64,000 bases of DNA from an uncultured Acidobacteriota bacterium (GCA_963828465.1 CAWHEU010000020.1:128001-192000); one strand, 5' to 3'; positions 41,120 to 52,092 are shown, counted from the first letter of the stretch. The notes: a model not told the origin generated them from the sequence alone. Made by a program: numbers and translations.

Positions 41120-41136
41120 CTGTGGGAGAGTACGGC

Positions 41137-42141
41137 ATGGAAGTGGTGGTGGCCGCCAGCCCGATGGGAGCCCTGCATGACACCGGCCGAAACCACCCGG
41201 AGCGGCCCGAGCGACTGGGTGCCGTGCTCCGCGGGATCTCAGAGAGCGGGTTGAAGCTGACCGAGATCGAAGCACCGCCGATCGAGCGCTCCGATCTCGC
41301 CCTGGTCCACGACCCGGCTTACATCGATGCCATCGAGAGGTTCTGTCTCCTAGGCGGCGGTGCCCTAGACATGGACACATTCGCCTCGCACGAGACCTGG
41401 GCCGCCGCCACGACCGCGGCCGGAGGGGTCATGGCCGTGGTGGAGGAGTTGGAAGACCGCGCCGATGCCACCGGGTTCGCCCTTTGCCGGCCGCCGGGCC
41501 ACCACGCCCTCCGTTCCAGGGCGATGGGTTTCTGCTTGTTCAACAACGTCGCCGTGGTGGCAGCCCGGCTCAGGTCACGGGGCCAGCGGGTGGCGATCCT
41601 GGACTGGGATGTCCACCACGGAAACGGAACGCAGACGATGGTGGCTGAAGATCCGGGCACCCTGTACGTCTCGATCCACCAAGACGATTTCTATCCGTTC
41701 GTGGGTTTTCCCGATGACATCGAAGCTGGTGCCGCCGGCACCACGGTCAACATCCCGCTGCACGCCGGCACTGCCGGAGACGTGTGCCGCCTGGCATGGG
41801 AGCAGCTGGTCATCCCTGTGCTTACCCAGTTCGGGCCGGATTGGGTCCTGGTGAGCGCCGGGTACGACGCCCACACCGAAGACCCACTGGCCGACCTCGA
41901 TCTACTCGATGCCGACTACGGATGGATGGCTTCGCGTCTGGCTCGTGCTCACCCGGCACACCGCACGGTGTTCGCTCTGGAAGGGGGCTACGACCTCGAC
42001 GGGCTCCGGCACTCCGCCCGCTCCACGGTGCGCGGCATGGCGGGCGAGGAGCAGTTCGGGCCTCCTCTCACCTCGGCCCCTGGTGCCGCCGAAGCGCTAG
42101 CTGTCGCCCGCGTGGCCGTGGCGAGGCACTGGAGCGTCTGA
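41137..42141 (+). CDS. Zn-dependent histone deacetylase family protein
   Basis: HPERPER, RPPGHHA, GFCLFNN, DWDVHHGNG, SAGYDAH, LEGGY. Confidence 0.93.
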   Translation: MEVVVAASPMGALHDTGRNHPERPERLGAVLRGISESGLKLTEIEAPPIERSDLALVHDPAYIDAIERFCLLGGGALDMDTFASHETWAAATTAAGGVMAVVEELEDRADATGFALCRPPGHHALRSRAMGFCLFNNVAVVAARLRSRGQRVAILDWDVHHGNGTQTMVAEDPGTLYVSIHQDDFYPFVGFPDDIEAGAAGTTVNIPLHAGTAGDVCRLAWEQLVIPVLTQFGPDWVLVSAGYDAHTEDPLADLDLLDADYGWMASRLARAHPAHRTVFALEGGYDLDGLRHSARSTVRGMAGEEQFGPPLTSAPGAAEALAVARVAVARHWSV

Positions 42142-42205
42142 GAAGTCTTTCAGGTCTCGTGCGACCCGAGCCGATAACCACACTCTGGGTCAACGGGAAA
42201 GGAAC

Positions 42206-43285
42206 ATGGAAATCAACATCGAGGATCTTCTGCGCCGGGCTGTCTCACTGGGCGCAACGGATCTACATCTCAAGGTCGGCTCGCCGCCAGTCGCGCGCGT
42301 CAACGGTGACCTGGAGAGGCTCGAACGCTTCGAGGCGCTCAAACCCGCGGACACGCAGGCCTACGCAGAGGCGCTCTTCACCCCGCGTGGCGCTCGCGAT
42401 TTCAAGGACACCGGCACCGCCGATTTCGCGTTCGGTCGCCAGGACATCGGGCGTTTCCGGGTAACCGCCTTCCGTCAGCGTGGCTCGGTATCGGTGGTTC
42501 TCCGTCGTGTATTTCCCGGGACGATGTCTTTCACCGATCTCGGCCTACCCCGGGTCATGGAGAAGCTCGCCGCCGAAACGTCGGGGCTGCTCCTCGTCAC
42601 CGGAGCTTCTGGCTCGGGCAAGACCTCCACGATGGCGTCGATCCTGGACTGGATCAACACCCATCGGGCGGTGTCGATCCTCACGGTCGAAGACCCGATC
42701 GAGGTTCTCCACCCCGACAAGAAGAGTGTCGTAGAACAACGCGAAGTCGGTGTCGATACTCCGAGCGCCGCCGATGCCGTGCGGAGTGCGATGCGTCACG
42801 ACAACGACGTGCTCATGATCTCTGAGTTCGATGACGCCGAGACTGCACGTGCGGCCATCGCGGCAGCCGAGACCGGCCACCTGGTGATCTCCTCGATGCG
42901 GACGACTGACCCAGCCGACACCATCGATCGCGTGGTCTCGCTGTTCCCCGAGTCGCAGCAACGCGTCGTCCGTGGTCAGCTCGCCGCACAGCTTCTGGCG
43001 ATCGTCAGCCAGCGTCTGCTCGAGAGCCAGGAGAAGGGGAAGACACTTGCGTGTGAGATCCTCACCACCAACGAGCGTGTCCAGGAGTGGATCATCGGTG
43101 GCGCCGATGCCCCGGTCCTGATCGACATCATGAAGGAGAGCGAGTTCTTCGGGATGCAGACGATGGACGCGTCCCTTCTCAAACTGGTGGTCGACAAGTC
43201 CATCGACCTCCCTGCCGCCCTTCCCTATGCCCGAAACGTCCACGAGCTTCGGGCCAAGGCGATGGCAGCCGGCATCGCGGTGTAA
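42206..43285 (+). CDS. pilT: PilT/PilU family ATPase with degenerate motifs
   Basis: ATDLHL, GRFRV, GASGSGKT, TVEDPIE, QREVG, AETGHLV, GMQTMD. Confidence 0.85.
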   Translation: MEINIEDLLRRAVSLGATDLHLKVGSPPVARVNGDLERLERFEALKPADTQAYAEALFTPRGARDFKDTGTADFAFGRQDIGRFRVTAFRQRGSVSVVLRRVFPGTMSFTDLGLPRVMEKLAAETSGLLLVTGASGSGKTSTMASILDWINTHRAVSILTVEDPIEVLHPDKKSVVEQREVGVDTPSAADAVRSAMRHDNDVLMISEFDDAETARAAIAAAETGHLVISSMRTTDPADTIDRVVSLFPESQQRVVRGQLAAQLLAIVSQRLLESQEKGKTLACEILTTNERVQEWIIGGADAPVLIDIMKESEFFGMQTMDASLLKLVVDKSIDLPAALPYARNVHELRAKAMAAGIAV

Positions 43286-43287
43286 TT

Positions 43288-43334
43288 CGGTGGTGGGTCA
43301 CTACTCACCACCCACCACTCAAAACCCATAACCT
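43288..43334. repeat. Heptamer-repeat element
   Basis: cggtggt gggtc / actactc accaccc accactc aaaaccc ataacct. Confidence 0.75.
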
Positions 43335-43341
43335 GCGGCGG

Positions 43342-44754
43342 GTGATCCCGAAGCGGCTCGATTTTCTGGTCTCGCCTGAACTACCACCGGCCCAATTGCA
43401 TCAGCTGTTCGATGTGGCCGGCCATCAACTGTTCCTGGTTGGCGGCTCGGTCCGTGACGCCTTTCTCGAGAGGCCGCTGGAGGATTACGACTTCGCCACC
43501 GATGCCAGGCCGGATCGGATCGCCGAGTTACTCGAGACCTGGGCGGACGTCGTGTACCGCGTCGGAGCCACATTCGGCACCGTCGCTGCCCGCAAGAACG
43601 GGCGCGTTGTCGAGGTAACGACGTTTCGCAACGAGGTCTACCGCGACGATTCTCGCAAACCTCAAGTCACCTTCTCCGACGACATCGAGACCGATCTCGC
43701 CCGGCGCGACTTCACCGTGAACGCCATCGCTCTGTCGCTCATGGACATGGAACCGATCGATCCCCACGGTGGCCTCGCAGACCTGGCCGCCGGGGTCTTG
43801 AGGACCCCGCTGGATCCTGAGATCTCGTTCTCCGAGGATCCCCTGCGCATGCTGCGGCTGTACAGATTCGAGGGCACGCTCGGATTCACCGGGGAGGCCA
43901 GGACGGTAGGGGCTGTCGCCGAGATGGGAGAGCGTCTGGAGATCGTGTCGGCGGAGCGGATCAGGGACGAGCTCTCGAAACTCGTTGTGGCGCCAGACGC
44001 CGGGAAGGCCCTCGATCGCGTCGTGGCCTCCGGGTTGGCCACCCACTTTCTTCCCGAGTTGCCCGCCCTGGCGATGGAGCAAGACCCCCACCAGCGTCAC
44101 AAGGACGTCTTGGCCCACACGCTGGCGGTCGTCGACAAGACACGGCCCGAGCTGGTGCTTCGGCTCGCCGCCTTGTTCCACGACATCGGCAAGCCCGACA
44201 CCCGCCAGTTCGGGAAGGACGGCGTGTCGTTCCACCATCACGAGGTCGTCGGGGCGCGATTGACCCGACGCCGGCTGAAGGCGCTTCGCTATCCGGGTGA
44301 GGTCGTAGCCGATGTGTCCCGGCTCGTCTTCCTCCACCTCCGCCCGCACACGCTCAAGATGGGTTGGACGGATTCGGCCGTGCGCCGATACGTGCGTGAT
44401 GCCGGCGAGTTGCTCCCGTATCTCAACGAGCTGGTGAGGTGTGACGTCACCACCGCCAACCCGCGCCGCGCCCGGGCTGTCCGGAATCGCATCGATGAAC
44501 TCGAAGAGAGGATCGCCGAGCTGAGTGCGAAGGAGGAGATATCGCGTCTCCGCGCTCCGATCGATGGCAATCAGGTGATGGGGTATCTGGGGATTGGCCC
44601 CGGGCCGAACGTAGGTGACATCATGGGGCTGATGCTCGAGCGAAGGATCGACGAGGGCCCCTACAGCGTGGGGGAGGCATATGCCATGGTCAGGGACTGG
44701 GCCATCGCCCAGGGCATCCCGGATCCTGGACCGCCACCCGACGAGGAGGAATGA
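43342..44754 (+). CDS. cca: CCA tRNA nucleotidyltransferase with HD domain
   Basis: LVGGSVRD, DYDFAT, RRDFTVNA, EDPLRMLR, FHDIGKP. Confidence 0.93.
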   Translation: MIPKRLDFLVSPELPPAQLHQLFDVAGHQLFLVGGSVRDAFLERPLEDYDFATDARPDRIAELLETWADVVYRVGATFGTVAARKNGRVVEVTTFRNEVYRDDSRKPQVTFSDDIETDLARRDFTVNAIALSLMDMEPIDPHGGLADLAAGVLRTPLDPEISFSEDPLRMLRLYRFEGTLGFTGEARTVGAVAEMGERLEIVSAERIRDELSKLVVAPDAGKALDRVVASGLATHFLPELPALAMEQDPHQRHKDVLAHTLAVVDKTRPELVLRLAALFHDIGKPDTRQFGKDGVSFHHHEVVGARLTRRRLKALRYPGEVVADVSRLVFLHLRPHTLKMGWTDSAVRRYVRDAGELLPYLNELVRCDVTTANPRRARAVRNRIDELEERIAELSAKEEISRLRAPIDGNQVMGYLGIGPGPNVGDIMGLMLERRIDEGPYSVGEAYAMVRDWAIAQGIPDPGPPPDEEE

Positions 44755-45947
44755 CGTTGAGGGTCGTCCTCGCCTATTCAGGTGGCCTCGACACGTCGGT
44801 GATCCTGGCCTGGCTTCGCGAGGAGCGCGGGGCGGAGGTGATCGCATACACCGCTGACGTCGGTCAGGGCGCTGAGGCCGCCGAGGCCAAGGAGAAGGCC
44901 ATCGCGACCGGAGCCGTGGAGGCAGTGGTCGAGGACCTCACCCATCGTTTCGTCGACGGCGCCGTGTACCCCGCCCTGAGGGCCGGCGCGGTCTACGAGG
45001 GTCATTACCTGCTTGGGACCTCCCTGGCCCGGCCCATCATCACCGAGGGTCTGGTGCGAACTGCCCGCGCCTTCGGCGCCGACGCCATCTCTCACGGTGC
45101 GACGGGCAAGGGCAACGATCAAGTCCGCTTCGAGCTGTCCGTGGCCGCGCTGGCCCCCGATCTCGGGGTGATCGCGCCCTGGCGGGAATGGGACCTCGAC
45201 GGGCGCACGGCCCTCATCGAGTACGCCAAGGAACGCGGGATACCTGTGCCGGTCACCCGGGAGGAGCCGTACTCGATGGATGCCAACCTCTTCCACATCT
45301 CTTACGAGGGCGGAATCCTGGAGGACCCCTGGGCCGCACCCCCGCCCAAGATGTTTCGACTCACCGTGGACCCCGTCGATGCCCCGGATCAGCCCGAGGA
45401 GGTCGTGATCGGGTTCGAGGAGGGCAACCCGGTGTCGATCGATGGGCATGAGCTGGGTCCGGTCGAGCTGTTGACCGATGCGAACGCCTTTGCCGGTCGA
45501 AACGGCGTCGGCAGGGTGGATCTGGTCGAGAATCGGTTCGTGGGGATCAAGAGCCGTGGGGTCTACGAGACCCCGGGAGGGACCATCCTGCATCTAGCCC
45601 ACCGCGCAGTCGAGTCGATCACGCTGGACAGGGAGGTGATGCACATCCGGGACTCCCTCATCCCCCGCTATGCCCAGATCGTCTACAACGGGTTCTGGTT
45701 CAGCCCGGAACGGACGGCACTGCAGGGTCTGATCGACGACATCCAGAAGCCGGTCACCGGCGAGGCGCGCCTGGTGCTCTACAAGGGCGGGGCCACCGTG
45801 TCGGGGAGACGCTCACCCAACACCCTCTATGACCCCGATTCGGCCACGTTCGAGGCCGACGATGTCTATCGCCAAGCCGATGCCGAAGGTTTCATCTCGC
45901 TCAACGCCCTGCGCATCAGGGGGTTCGGCGGAGGGGAAGTGGAATGA
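44751..45947 (+). CDS. argG: Argininosuccinate synthase
   Basis: AYSGGLDTS, HGATGKGNDQVRFE, KSRGVYETPG. Confidence 0.97.
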   Translation: MTLRVVLAYSGGLDTSVILAWLREERGAEVIAYTADVGQGAEAAEAKEKAIATGAVEAVVEDLTHRFVDGAVYPALRAGAVYEGHYLLGTSLARPIITEGLVRTARAFGADAISHGATGKGNDQVRFELSVAALAPDLGVIAPWREWDLDGRTALIEYAKERGIPVPVTREEPYSMDANLFHISYEGGILEDPWAAPPPKMFRLTVDPVDAPDQPEEVVIGFEEGNPVSIDGHELGPVELLTDANAFAGRNGVGRVDLVENRFVGIKSRGVYETPGGTILHLAHRAVESITLDREVMHIRDSLIPRYAQIVYNGFWFSPERTALQGLIDDIQKPVTGEARLVLYKGGATVSGRRSPNTLYDPDSATFEADDVYRQADAEGFISLNALRIRGFGGGEVE

Positions 45948-47304
45948 GCCTGTGGGGTGGTCGCTTCGAGTCGGGCCCTGGCGAGACGCTGTGGGGGTAC
46001 ACCACCGATGTCTCGGACAGGCGTCTCCTCGCCGACGACATCGCCGGCTCTCGGGCGCACGTCCTGATGCTCGGCGAGACCGGGATCCTTTCTGATGGCG
46101 ACGTGAAGGCCCTCCTCGGTGGGCTGGAGGCCATCCAGTCCGAGGCTGCCGGTGGTGAATTCGACTTCTCCGACTCTGACGAGGATGTTCACTCGGCGGT
46201 GGAGCGGAGATTGTTCGAACTCGTCGGTGACACCGCGGGCAAGCTGCACACCGCCCGTTCCCGCAACGATCAGGTGGCCCTCGACATGCGTCTCTACGCC
46301 CGCCGCGCCGCCAGCGAGCGACACGACCAGCTTCACGCTTTCGCCCTCGCACTCGCCGACATCGCTGAGAGCCACGCCGAAACCGTCGTCCCCTCCTACA
46401 CCCATCTCCAGCAGGCCCAGCCGACCACCCTCGGCCATCATCTCCTCGCCTATGCCTGGATGGCGGTCCGAGACGCCGAGCGGTTCGCCGGAGCGGGCAG
46501 GCGGATCGATGTGTCGCCCCTGGGCGCAGGCGCCTCGGCCGGGACATCCTTGCCGATCGATCCGGAGGCAACCGCCAGGGAGCTGGGGATGGCCGGCGTC
46601 TTCGAGAACTCGCTCGATGCAGTCGGGTCCCGAGATCACCTCGCGGAGTATGTCTTCTGCTGTGCCCAGGCAATGGTGACGCTTTCCCGACTCGCCGAGG
46701 AGGTCGTTCTCTGGGCTACACCCGAGTTCGGCCGGGCAAGGCTCGGCGACAGCGTGAGCACCGGGTCGTCGGCCCTGCCTCACAAGCGAAACCCAGATAT
46801 CGCCGAGCTGGTCCGGGGCCGTGCCGCCCGGATATCGGGGTTGCTGGCGGCGATGATGACGCTCCAGAAAGGCCTTCCGCTCGCCTACAACCGTGATCTC
46901 CAGGAAGACAAGCGACTCGTCTTCGAGGCCGACGACACGCTGGCGGATTCCTTGGCAGCGATGGTCGAGTTGCTCGGCCAAACCGAGTTCCTGCCGGTCG
47001 ACCCATCCGTGGAGACCGCCAGCCTCGATCTGGCCGAGGCACTGGTCGCCCGTGGCGTCCCGTTCCGCGAGGCCCATGAGGCCGTGGGCAAGCTGGTGCT
47101 CACTCTCGAGGGCCAGAGCAGGTCCCTCCTCGAGGCGGGCCTCGAGGATCTGGTTTCTACGCGCACGCTGCTTTCGACGAAGCCGATCTCGGTCTTCTCG
47201 ATCCGGCGACGTCGGTGCAGCGCCGAATCAGCCCTGGTGGGGGGAGCCCTGAGTCGGTCCACACCCAGGTCTCCGACCTGCGCAGGAGGATCACTTCTTC
47301 CTAA
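45944..47304 (+). CDS. argH: Argininosuccinate lyase; apparent indel near 47160
   Basis: LWGGRF, RSRNDQ, TGSSALPHKRNPD; shifted frame gives AHAAFDEADLGLLDPATSVQRRISPGGGSP...* at 47304. Confidence 0.94.
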
Positions 47305-47313
47305 CGTGCCCCG

Positions 47314-48250
47314 GTGATCCTTGTGGTGATCCCCGCGGTAGTCGTTGCCGTGATCAGCCTCGCCTCCTTTGCGGGAGCGTGGGTCTGGTGGCTCGACGTC
47401 CTGGCCAATTTCCGTGCGCAGTACGTGGTGATCCTGGCGATCCTGGGTCTGCTCGTCGCGGCCAGCCGGTGGCGCCGCACCGGGACTGGCCATCCTCGGC
47501 GTCGCATTGGTCAATCTGCTCTTCGTCGCTCCGCTGTTCGTGGGGTCGCCGGGGGAGCCGGTGGCGGGGGCGCCTGGAATGCGGGTGATGAGTTTCAACC
47601 TGCTCTCGACCAACGAGAGCTACAGCGAGGTCATCGAGTACATCGAGGCGACGGAGCCAGACCTCGTCCTCCTCCATGAGTCGAGCCGCCCCTGGGAGGT
47701 GGCCATGGAGTCCTCGGGGCTCGACTACGAAATTGTCCGTGGCCGCTCCGAGAACTTGATCTTCGGAACCCTGGTTCTGGCTCGAGATGAGGTCGAGGCC
47801 GTCTCCTATGGCTTCGCCGAGGGCGACGGGAGGGCCATATCCCTCGTGTATCAGCCGGAGGGTTGGTCGGTGCCGGTGCAGATCCTCTCATCGCATCCGC
47901 TGGCCCCGACATCGGGGGAGCGGGCAGCCCTTCGAGATGCCCAGCTCTCCTTTGCTGCCGGATGGGCTGCCGAGCAGGAGGGCGCCTACGCCGTGGTGGG
48001 AGATCTGAACGCGTCGCCTTGGTCCTCTCCATTCCGTGGGCTCGTGTCGGAGGGTGGTCTGCGCAACTCTCAGATCGGATTCGGCTTACAACCCTCCTTC
48101 TCGGCGAACACGATCTTCCCCTTTCGGGTCCCCATAGATCACCTGCTCCACAGTGACGACCTCCGTGTCCGTGACCGTCGTCTCGGCCCGGCCCTCGGCT
48201 CAGACCACTTCCCGCTCGTGGTCGACCTGGAGCACGTCCCGGGTCCGTGA
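47314..48250 (+). CDS. Membrane-anchored endonuclease/exonuclease/phosphatase family protein; apparent indel near 47484
   Basis: TM N-terminus (LANFRAQY) in one frame; SFNL, GDLN, IDH, GSDH in the next. Confidence 0.85.
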
Positions 48251-48325
48251 ACCGCTTGCCTGAGGTACCTACGGCCACATCTGGCCCCACCGCTACACAG
48301 AAAGAGCGGCGTTACCGTTCGCGTC

Positions 48326-49777
48326 ATGTCAGACCCATTTTCTGAGCGCCGGGCACGTCTCGCCTTGGACATCGGCGATGACGCCATCGCCATCGTGCCG
48401 GCCGCAGTCGAGGTGACCCGGAGCAACGACACCGAATTCGAGTTCCACCAGGATCCGGACTTTCTCTATCTGACCGGATTCCACGAGCCGGACGCGGTGG
48501 CGGTGATCGCACCTGGCCATTCCGATGGCGATTACACCCTCTTCGTCAGACCTCGAGACCCCGAGATGGAGGCCTGGAACGGATATCGGGTCGGCACCAC
48601 CGGTGCCGCGGAGCGATTCGGTGCCGACAAGGCCTATGAGATCGGGCAGCTAGACGAGATCCTGACCCGGCTCATGGTCGGGCGCGAGGTGATCTGGTAT
48701 CGCACGGGCAACCCGCACCACGACGACAGAGTCGGCGAGATCTTGGCCAAGGCTCGGAGTCATCGGGAGCGCTACGGCGGCACGGTGCCGTCTGCGGTTC
48801 GTGACATCACGGTCTTGCTCGCCGAGATGCGTCTCATAAAGAGCCCGAAGGAGATCGAGATCCTGCGCAGGGCGTGTGAGCTGTCTGCCCGTGGACACGC
48901 CGAGGCGATGCGTTTCACCGAATCCGGCTTGTACGAGTATCAAGTCCAGGCCGCACTCGAGTACTACTGGCGGCTGGGCGGCGCCCGGCACAATGGCTAT
49001 CCCTCGATCGTGGCGTCAGGGCCCAACACCTGTGTCCTTCACTACGTGGAGAACGAACGGCTGATCGAAGACGGCGATCTCCTCCTGATAGATGCCGCCG
49101 CCGAGGTAGAGGGCTACTCGGCGGACATCACCCGGACCTTCCCGGCCAACGGGAAATTCAGCGGTCCACAGCGAGCCATCTACGAAGTGGTCCATTCCGC
49201 CTTCCAGAGGGGACTGGACATGGCGGCTCCCGGATCGAGCCTCAGAGCCATACATGACTCGGCCACCAGAGTGCTCACTGAGGGAATGGAGGAGCTAGGC
49301 CTCCTGCCCAAGGGTGTCGAGGAGTCGCTGGCCATGCACCACTACAACCAGTTCTACTTCCATGGAACCGGGCACTGGATCGGCCTCGATGTGCATGACA
49401 TGGGCACCTACCGGGTGGAAGGCGTGCCTCGGAAGCTGGAGCCGGGGATGGCATTCACGGTTGAGCCCGGCCTCTACATCGCCCCGGACAAGACAGAGGT
49501 GACCCTGACCCTGCTCGAGTACGACACCGACGAGTGGAACCAGCGCAGGATCCTGGAGGGTCGGGCGGCGGCGATGGCCAAGGAGGCCGAGGCCAAGGAG
49601 AAGGCCGAGAAGATCACACACGCCGTTCCTCCCGACTTCCTCGGCATCGGGATACGAATCGAGGACGATGTGGTGATCACCGAGGATGGCCACGACAACC
49701 TGACCGGCTCGGTCCCCTCGGGCATCGACGAGATCGAAGCCCTATGCGCCGAGTCGTCGAGGTTGCCGAGCGGCTGA
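48326..49777 (+). CDS. pepP: Xaa-Pro aminopeptidase
   Basis: ADITRTFP, HGTGHWIGLDVHD, TVEPGLY, GIRIEDD. Confidence 0.93.
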   Translation: MSDPFSERRARLALDIGDDAIAIVPAAVEVTRSNDTEFEFHQDPDFLYLTGFHEPDAVAVIAPGHSDGDYTLFVRPRDPEMEAWNGYRVGTTGAAERFGADKAYEIGQLDEILTRLMVGREVIWYRTGNPHHDDRVGEILAKARSHRERYGGTVPSAVRDITVLLAEMRLIKSPKEIEILRRACELSARGHAEAMRFTESGLYEYQVQAALEYYWRLGGARHNGYPSIVASGPNTCVLHYVENERLIEDGDLLLIDAAAEVEGYSADITRTFPANGKFSGPQRAIYEVVHSAFQRGLDMAAPGSSLRAIHDSATRVLTEGMEELGLLPKGVEESLAMHHYNQFYFHGTGHWIGLDVHDMGTYRVEGVPRKLEPGMAFTVEPGLYIAPDKTEVTLTLLEYDTDEWNQRRILEGRAAAMAKEAEAKEKAEKITHAVPPDFLGIGIRIEDDVVITEDGHDNLTGSVPSGIDEIEALCAESSRLPSG

Positions 49778-49802
49778 TCTACTGCTGGATGAAGGTCTGC
49801 CC

Positions 49803-50465
49803 TCAGACGGTTGCCGGGAGGGCGTACACCAAGATGGCGAAAAAGTGAAAGCTGCTTCCGGCGATGACCAGGACATGGAACAGCTCGTGGTGTGAGAAGG
49901 CCCGGGGGAAGAGGCGGGGCCGCCCGGTGGCGTAGATCACCGTGCCGATCACATAGCAAGCGCCCCCGAGGACGATGAGGGCGAGGGCGCCCGGCCCGAG
50001 CTCACGCCAGATCCAGGGAACCCAGATCAGCGCGGACCAGCCCATCACCATCTGCAATGTCACCGAGAGGTGGGTTCTCACGTCGGGCATGAACGCCTTG
50101 AGCAGTATTCCGGTGAGCGCGATGCCCCAGACGATGCCGAGCGCCACGGCGAGGGGAACCCCTTCTAGCGAGGCGATCGCGATCGGCGTGAAGGTGCCGG
50201 CTACCACGAGAAAGATCATCGAATGGTCGATTCGCTGCAGCCTCGCCCTCCATTCTTCGCGCCAAGGGACCGAGTGGTACAGCGATGAGACGATGAACAT
50301 CAGGAGCAAGGCCCCGCCATAGACGAGTACCCCGAAAAGGGCTTCGGCCCGACCCGACGCCCTTTCGATGAGGAGAACGAGCCCGATGGCTGTTGCGATG
50401 GCCGCGGAGCCGTGCAAGAAGCCCCTAATCGGGTTCTGCATCCGCCCCAGCGTGATCCGCTCCAT
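49803..50465 (-). CDS. Hemolysin III / PAQR family membrane protein
   Basis: SSLYH, RIDHSMIF..AGTFTP, HELFH. Confidence 0.9.
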   Translation of the reverse strand: MERITLGRMQNPIRGFLHGSAAIATAIGLVLLIERASGRAEALFGVLVYGGALLLMFIVSSLYHSVPWREEWRARLQRIDHSMIFLVVAGTFTPIAIASLEGVPLAVALGIVWGIALTGILLKAFMPDVRTHLSVTLQMVMGWSALIWVPWIWRELGPGALALIVLGGACYVIGTVIYATGRPRLFPRAFSHHELFHVLVIAGSSFHFFAILVYALPATV

Positions 50466-50570
50466 GTCGTTGCAAGCGTATCGACCGGCCACCTGTAGTG
50501 GAAAGGGGTCGGGCGACCCAGGTCGAAACGGGCCCAGGTACTGGCTGGCCGATACGATGGAGCCATCACC

Positions 50571-51338
50571 ATGGCTCTTGGTGTCCTATACCGCCTCTAC
50601 GAGCGAAATCTCGTCAACGGCCTCGATCGAGACCGGCTGCCCGGTCACATCGGCATCGTCCTCGATGGGCATCGTCGTCATGCCCGAGAGGAGCGGCTAC
50701 CCACGTACACGGAGAGCTACCGGGTCGGCATGCGCCGCTTCGAAGAGTTCATCGGATGGGCCGAGGAGCTCGAGATCCCGGCCGTCACTGCCTGGGTGCT
50801 GTCACGGGAGAACCTGTCACGACCCGCCGACGAGCTAGACCCCTATTTCGAGGTCCTGACGGAGCTGTTTGGCCGGCTGCCGGCCCTCTGTGAGACCTAC
50901 GACATGGGGATCAGGTTCATCGGGAGCCTCGACTTGTTGCCAGACGAACTGGTCGCTGCAGCCAAGTTGGCGGAGGAGGCCCAGCCATTCGGCACCCGCC
51001 GGCTCAACATCGCAATGGGCTACGGGGGCAGGCAGGAGATCGTCGACGCGGCCAAGGACCTGGTGGCCAAGCTGATGGCCGAGGGGATCCCGCCTGACGA
51101 GGTCGCCGCCCACATCGATGCCGACTCGCTGGCTTCACACATGTACTCCGCCGATCTCCCCGACCCGGATCTCCTGATCAGGACCTCCGGCGAGTCGCGG
51201 CTGTCAGGGTTCCTGCTCTGGCAGTCCGCCTATGCGGAGTTCGTCTTCGTCGACGTCAACTGGCCGGCATTCCGCCGGGTCGACTTCCTGCGCGCCCTGC
51301 GTGATTTCACCAGTAGGGATCGCCGCTTCGGCAAATAG
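50571..51338 (+). CDS. uppS: cis-isoprenyl diphosphate synthase (UppS family)
   Basis: HIGIVLDGHRR, YGGRQEI, IRTSGESRLSGFLLWQ. Confidence 0.9.
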   Translation: MALGVLYRLYERNLVNGLDRDRLPGHIGIVLDGHRRHAREERLPTYTESYRVGMRRFEEFIGWAEELEIPAVTAWVLSRENLSRPADELDPYFEVLTELFGRLPALCETYDMGIRFIGSLDLLPDELVAAAKLAEEAQPFGTRRLNIAMGYGGRQEIVDAAKDLVAKLMAEGIPPDEVAAHIDADSLASHMYSADLPDPDLLIRTSGESRLSGFLLWQSAYAEFVFVDVNWPAFRRVDFLRALRDFTSRDRRFGK

Positions 51339-51346
51339 GCGGTCGC

Positions 51347-52033
51347 CTACTCCGTCACCATCTCCTCGTCGAGATGGCTCACATCACCGAGTTGGCGGAG
51401 CGAGAAACCCCACCCGGTGCTGATCCGGTCCATGGTCAAGCGGGAAACCCCGCTGTGAGGCTGGCGAAAACGATCCCACTCCCAGGGAACCGGCTCCAGC
51501 CCGAGCAGCCGGCCAAGGACCACGGCGTTGGTGCCCGCATGAGCCACGATGATCACCCGCATCCCCGGATCCTCGACTTCCCAGAGATGTCGGTGTTCGC
51601 CGTGCATGGGCAGGATTCCATGGATGGCCAGGGTCTCTTCGAGCCCGGTCACCACCCTGCGGTGAAAAGCGCGGAAGGACTCCCCTCCGGGTAACCCGTC
51701 CCACATTTCCTCCATCGTGCGAAAGTGGGCCTCCCGCAAAGCCTTCTCGATCTCCTCGGCGGGCGATCCCTCCCACGATGGCGGGTTCTGGATCTCCCTC
51801 AGCCACGGGTAAACCTCCGGCTCGATGTCCACCTCGGAAGCCACCGGGGCGGCGGTTTGCATGGCCCGATTCATCGGTGATACCCAGAGCTCGTCGAAGG
51901 GTTCGACCGCGCCCAGCCGATGGGCGACGCGCTTCGCCTGCTCATGCCCGATATCTGTTAGGTCGGGGTCGTTCCGTGCGATGAGGCCGGGAGTCCAGTC
52001 GGGCTGGCCGTGGCGGACCAGGATCAAATCCAT
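51347..52033 (-). CDS. Histidine phosphatase family protein
   Basis: LVRHG, SPMNRAMQTA, GGES, VAHAG. Confidence 0.9.
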   Translation of the reverse strand: MDLILVRHGQPDWTPGLIARNDPDLTDIGHEQAKRVAHRLGAVEPFDELWVSPMNRAMQTAAPVASEVDIEPEVYPWLREIQNPPSWEGSPAEEIEKALREAHFRTMEEMWDGLPGGESFRAFHRRVVTGLEETLAIHGILPMHGEHRHLWEVEDPGMRVIIVAHAGTNAVVLGRLLGLEPVPWEWDRFRQPHSGVSRLTMDRISTGWGFSLRQLGDVSHLDEEMVTE

Positions 52034-52092
52034 GTCGTCAACCGTACCCAGCCCGTTGTTCATACCGATCGACGTCGCAATACGATTGGGCT

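Noticed and set aside
43528-47077. Long antisense ORFs opposite cca, argG and argH (likewise dnaA, trxB, kup)
   Set aside because: Typical high-GC shadow ORFs with no recognisable motifs
47150-47510. argH and the EEP gene as pseudogenes
   Set aside because: Single-base frame breaks with otherwise intact motifs fit assembly error better
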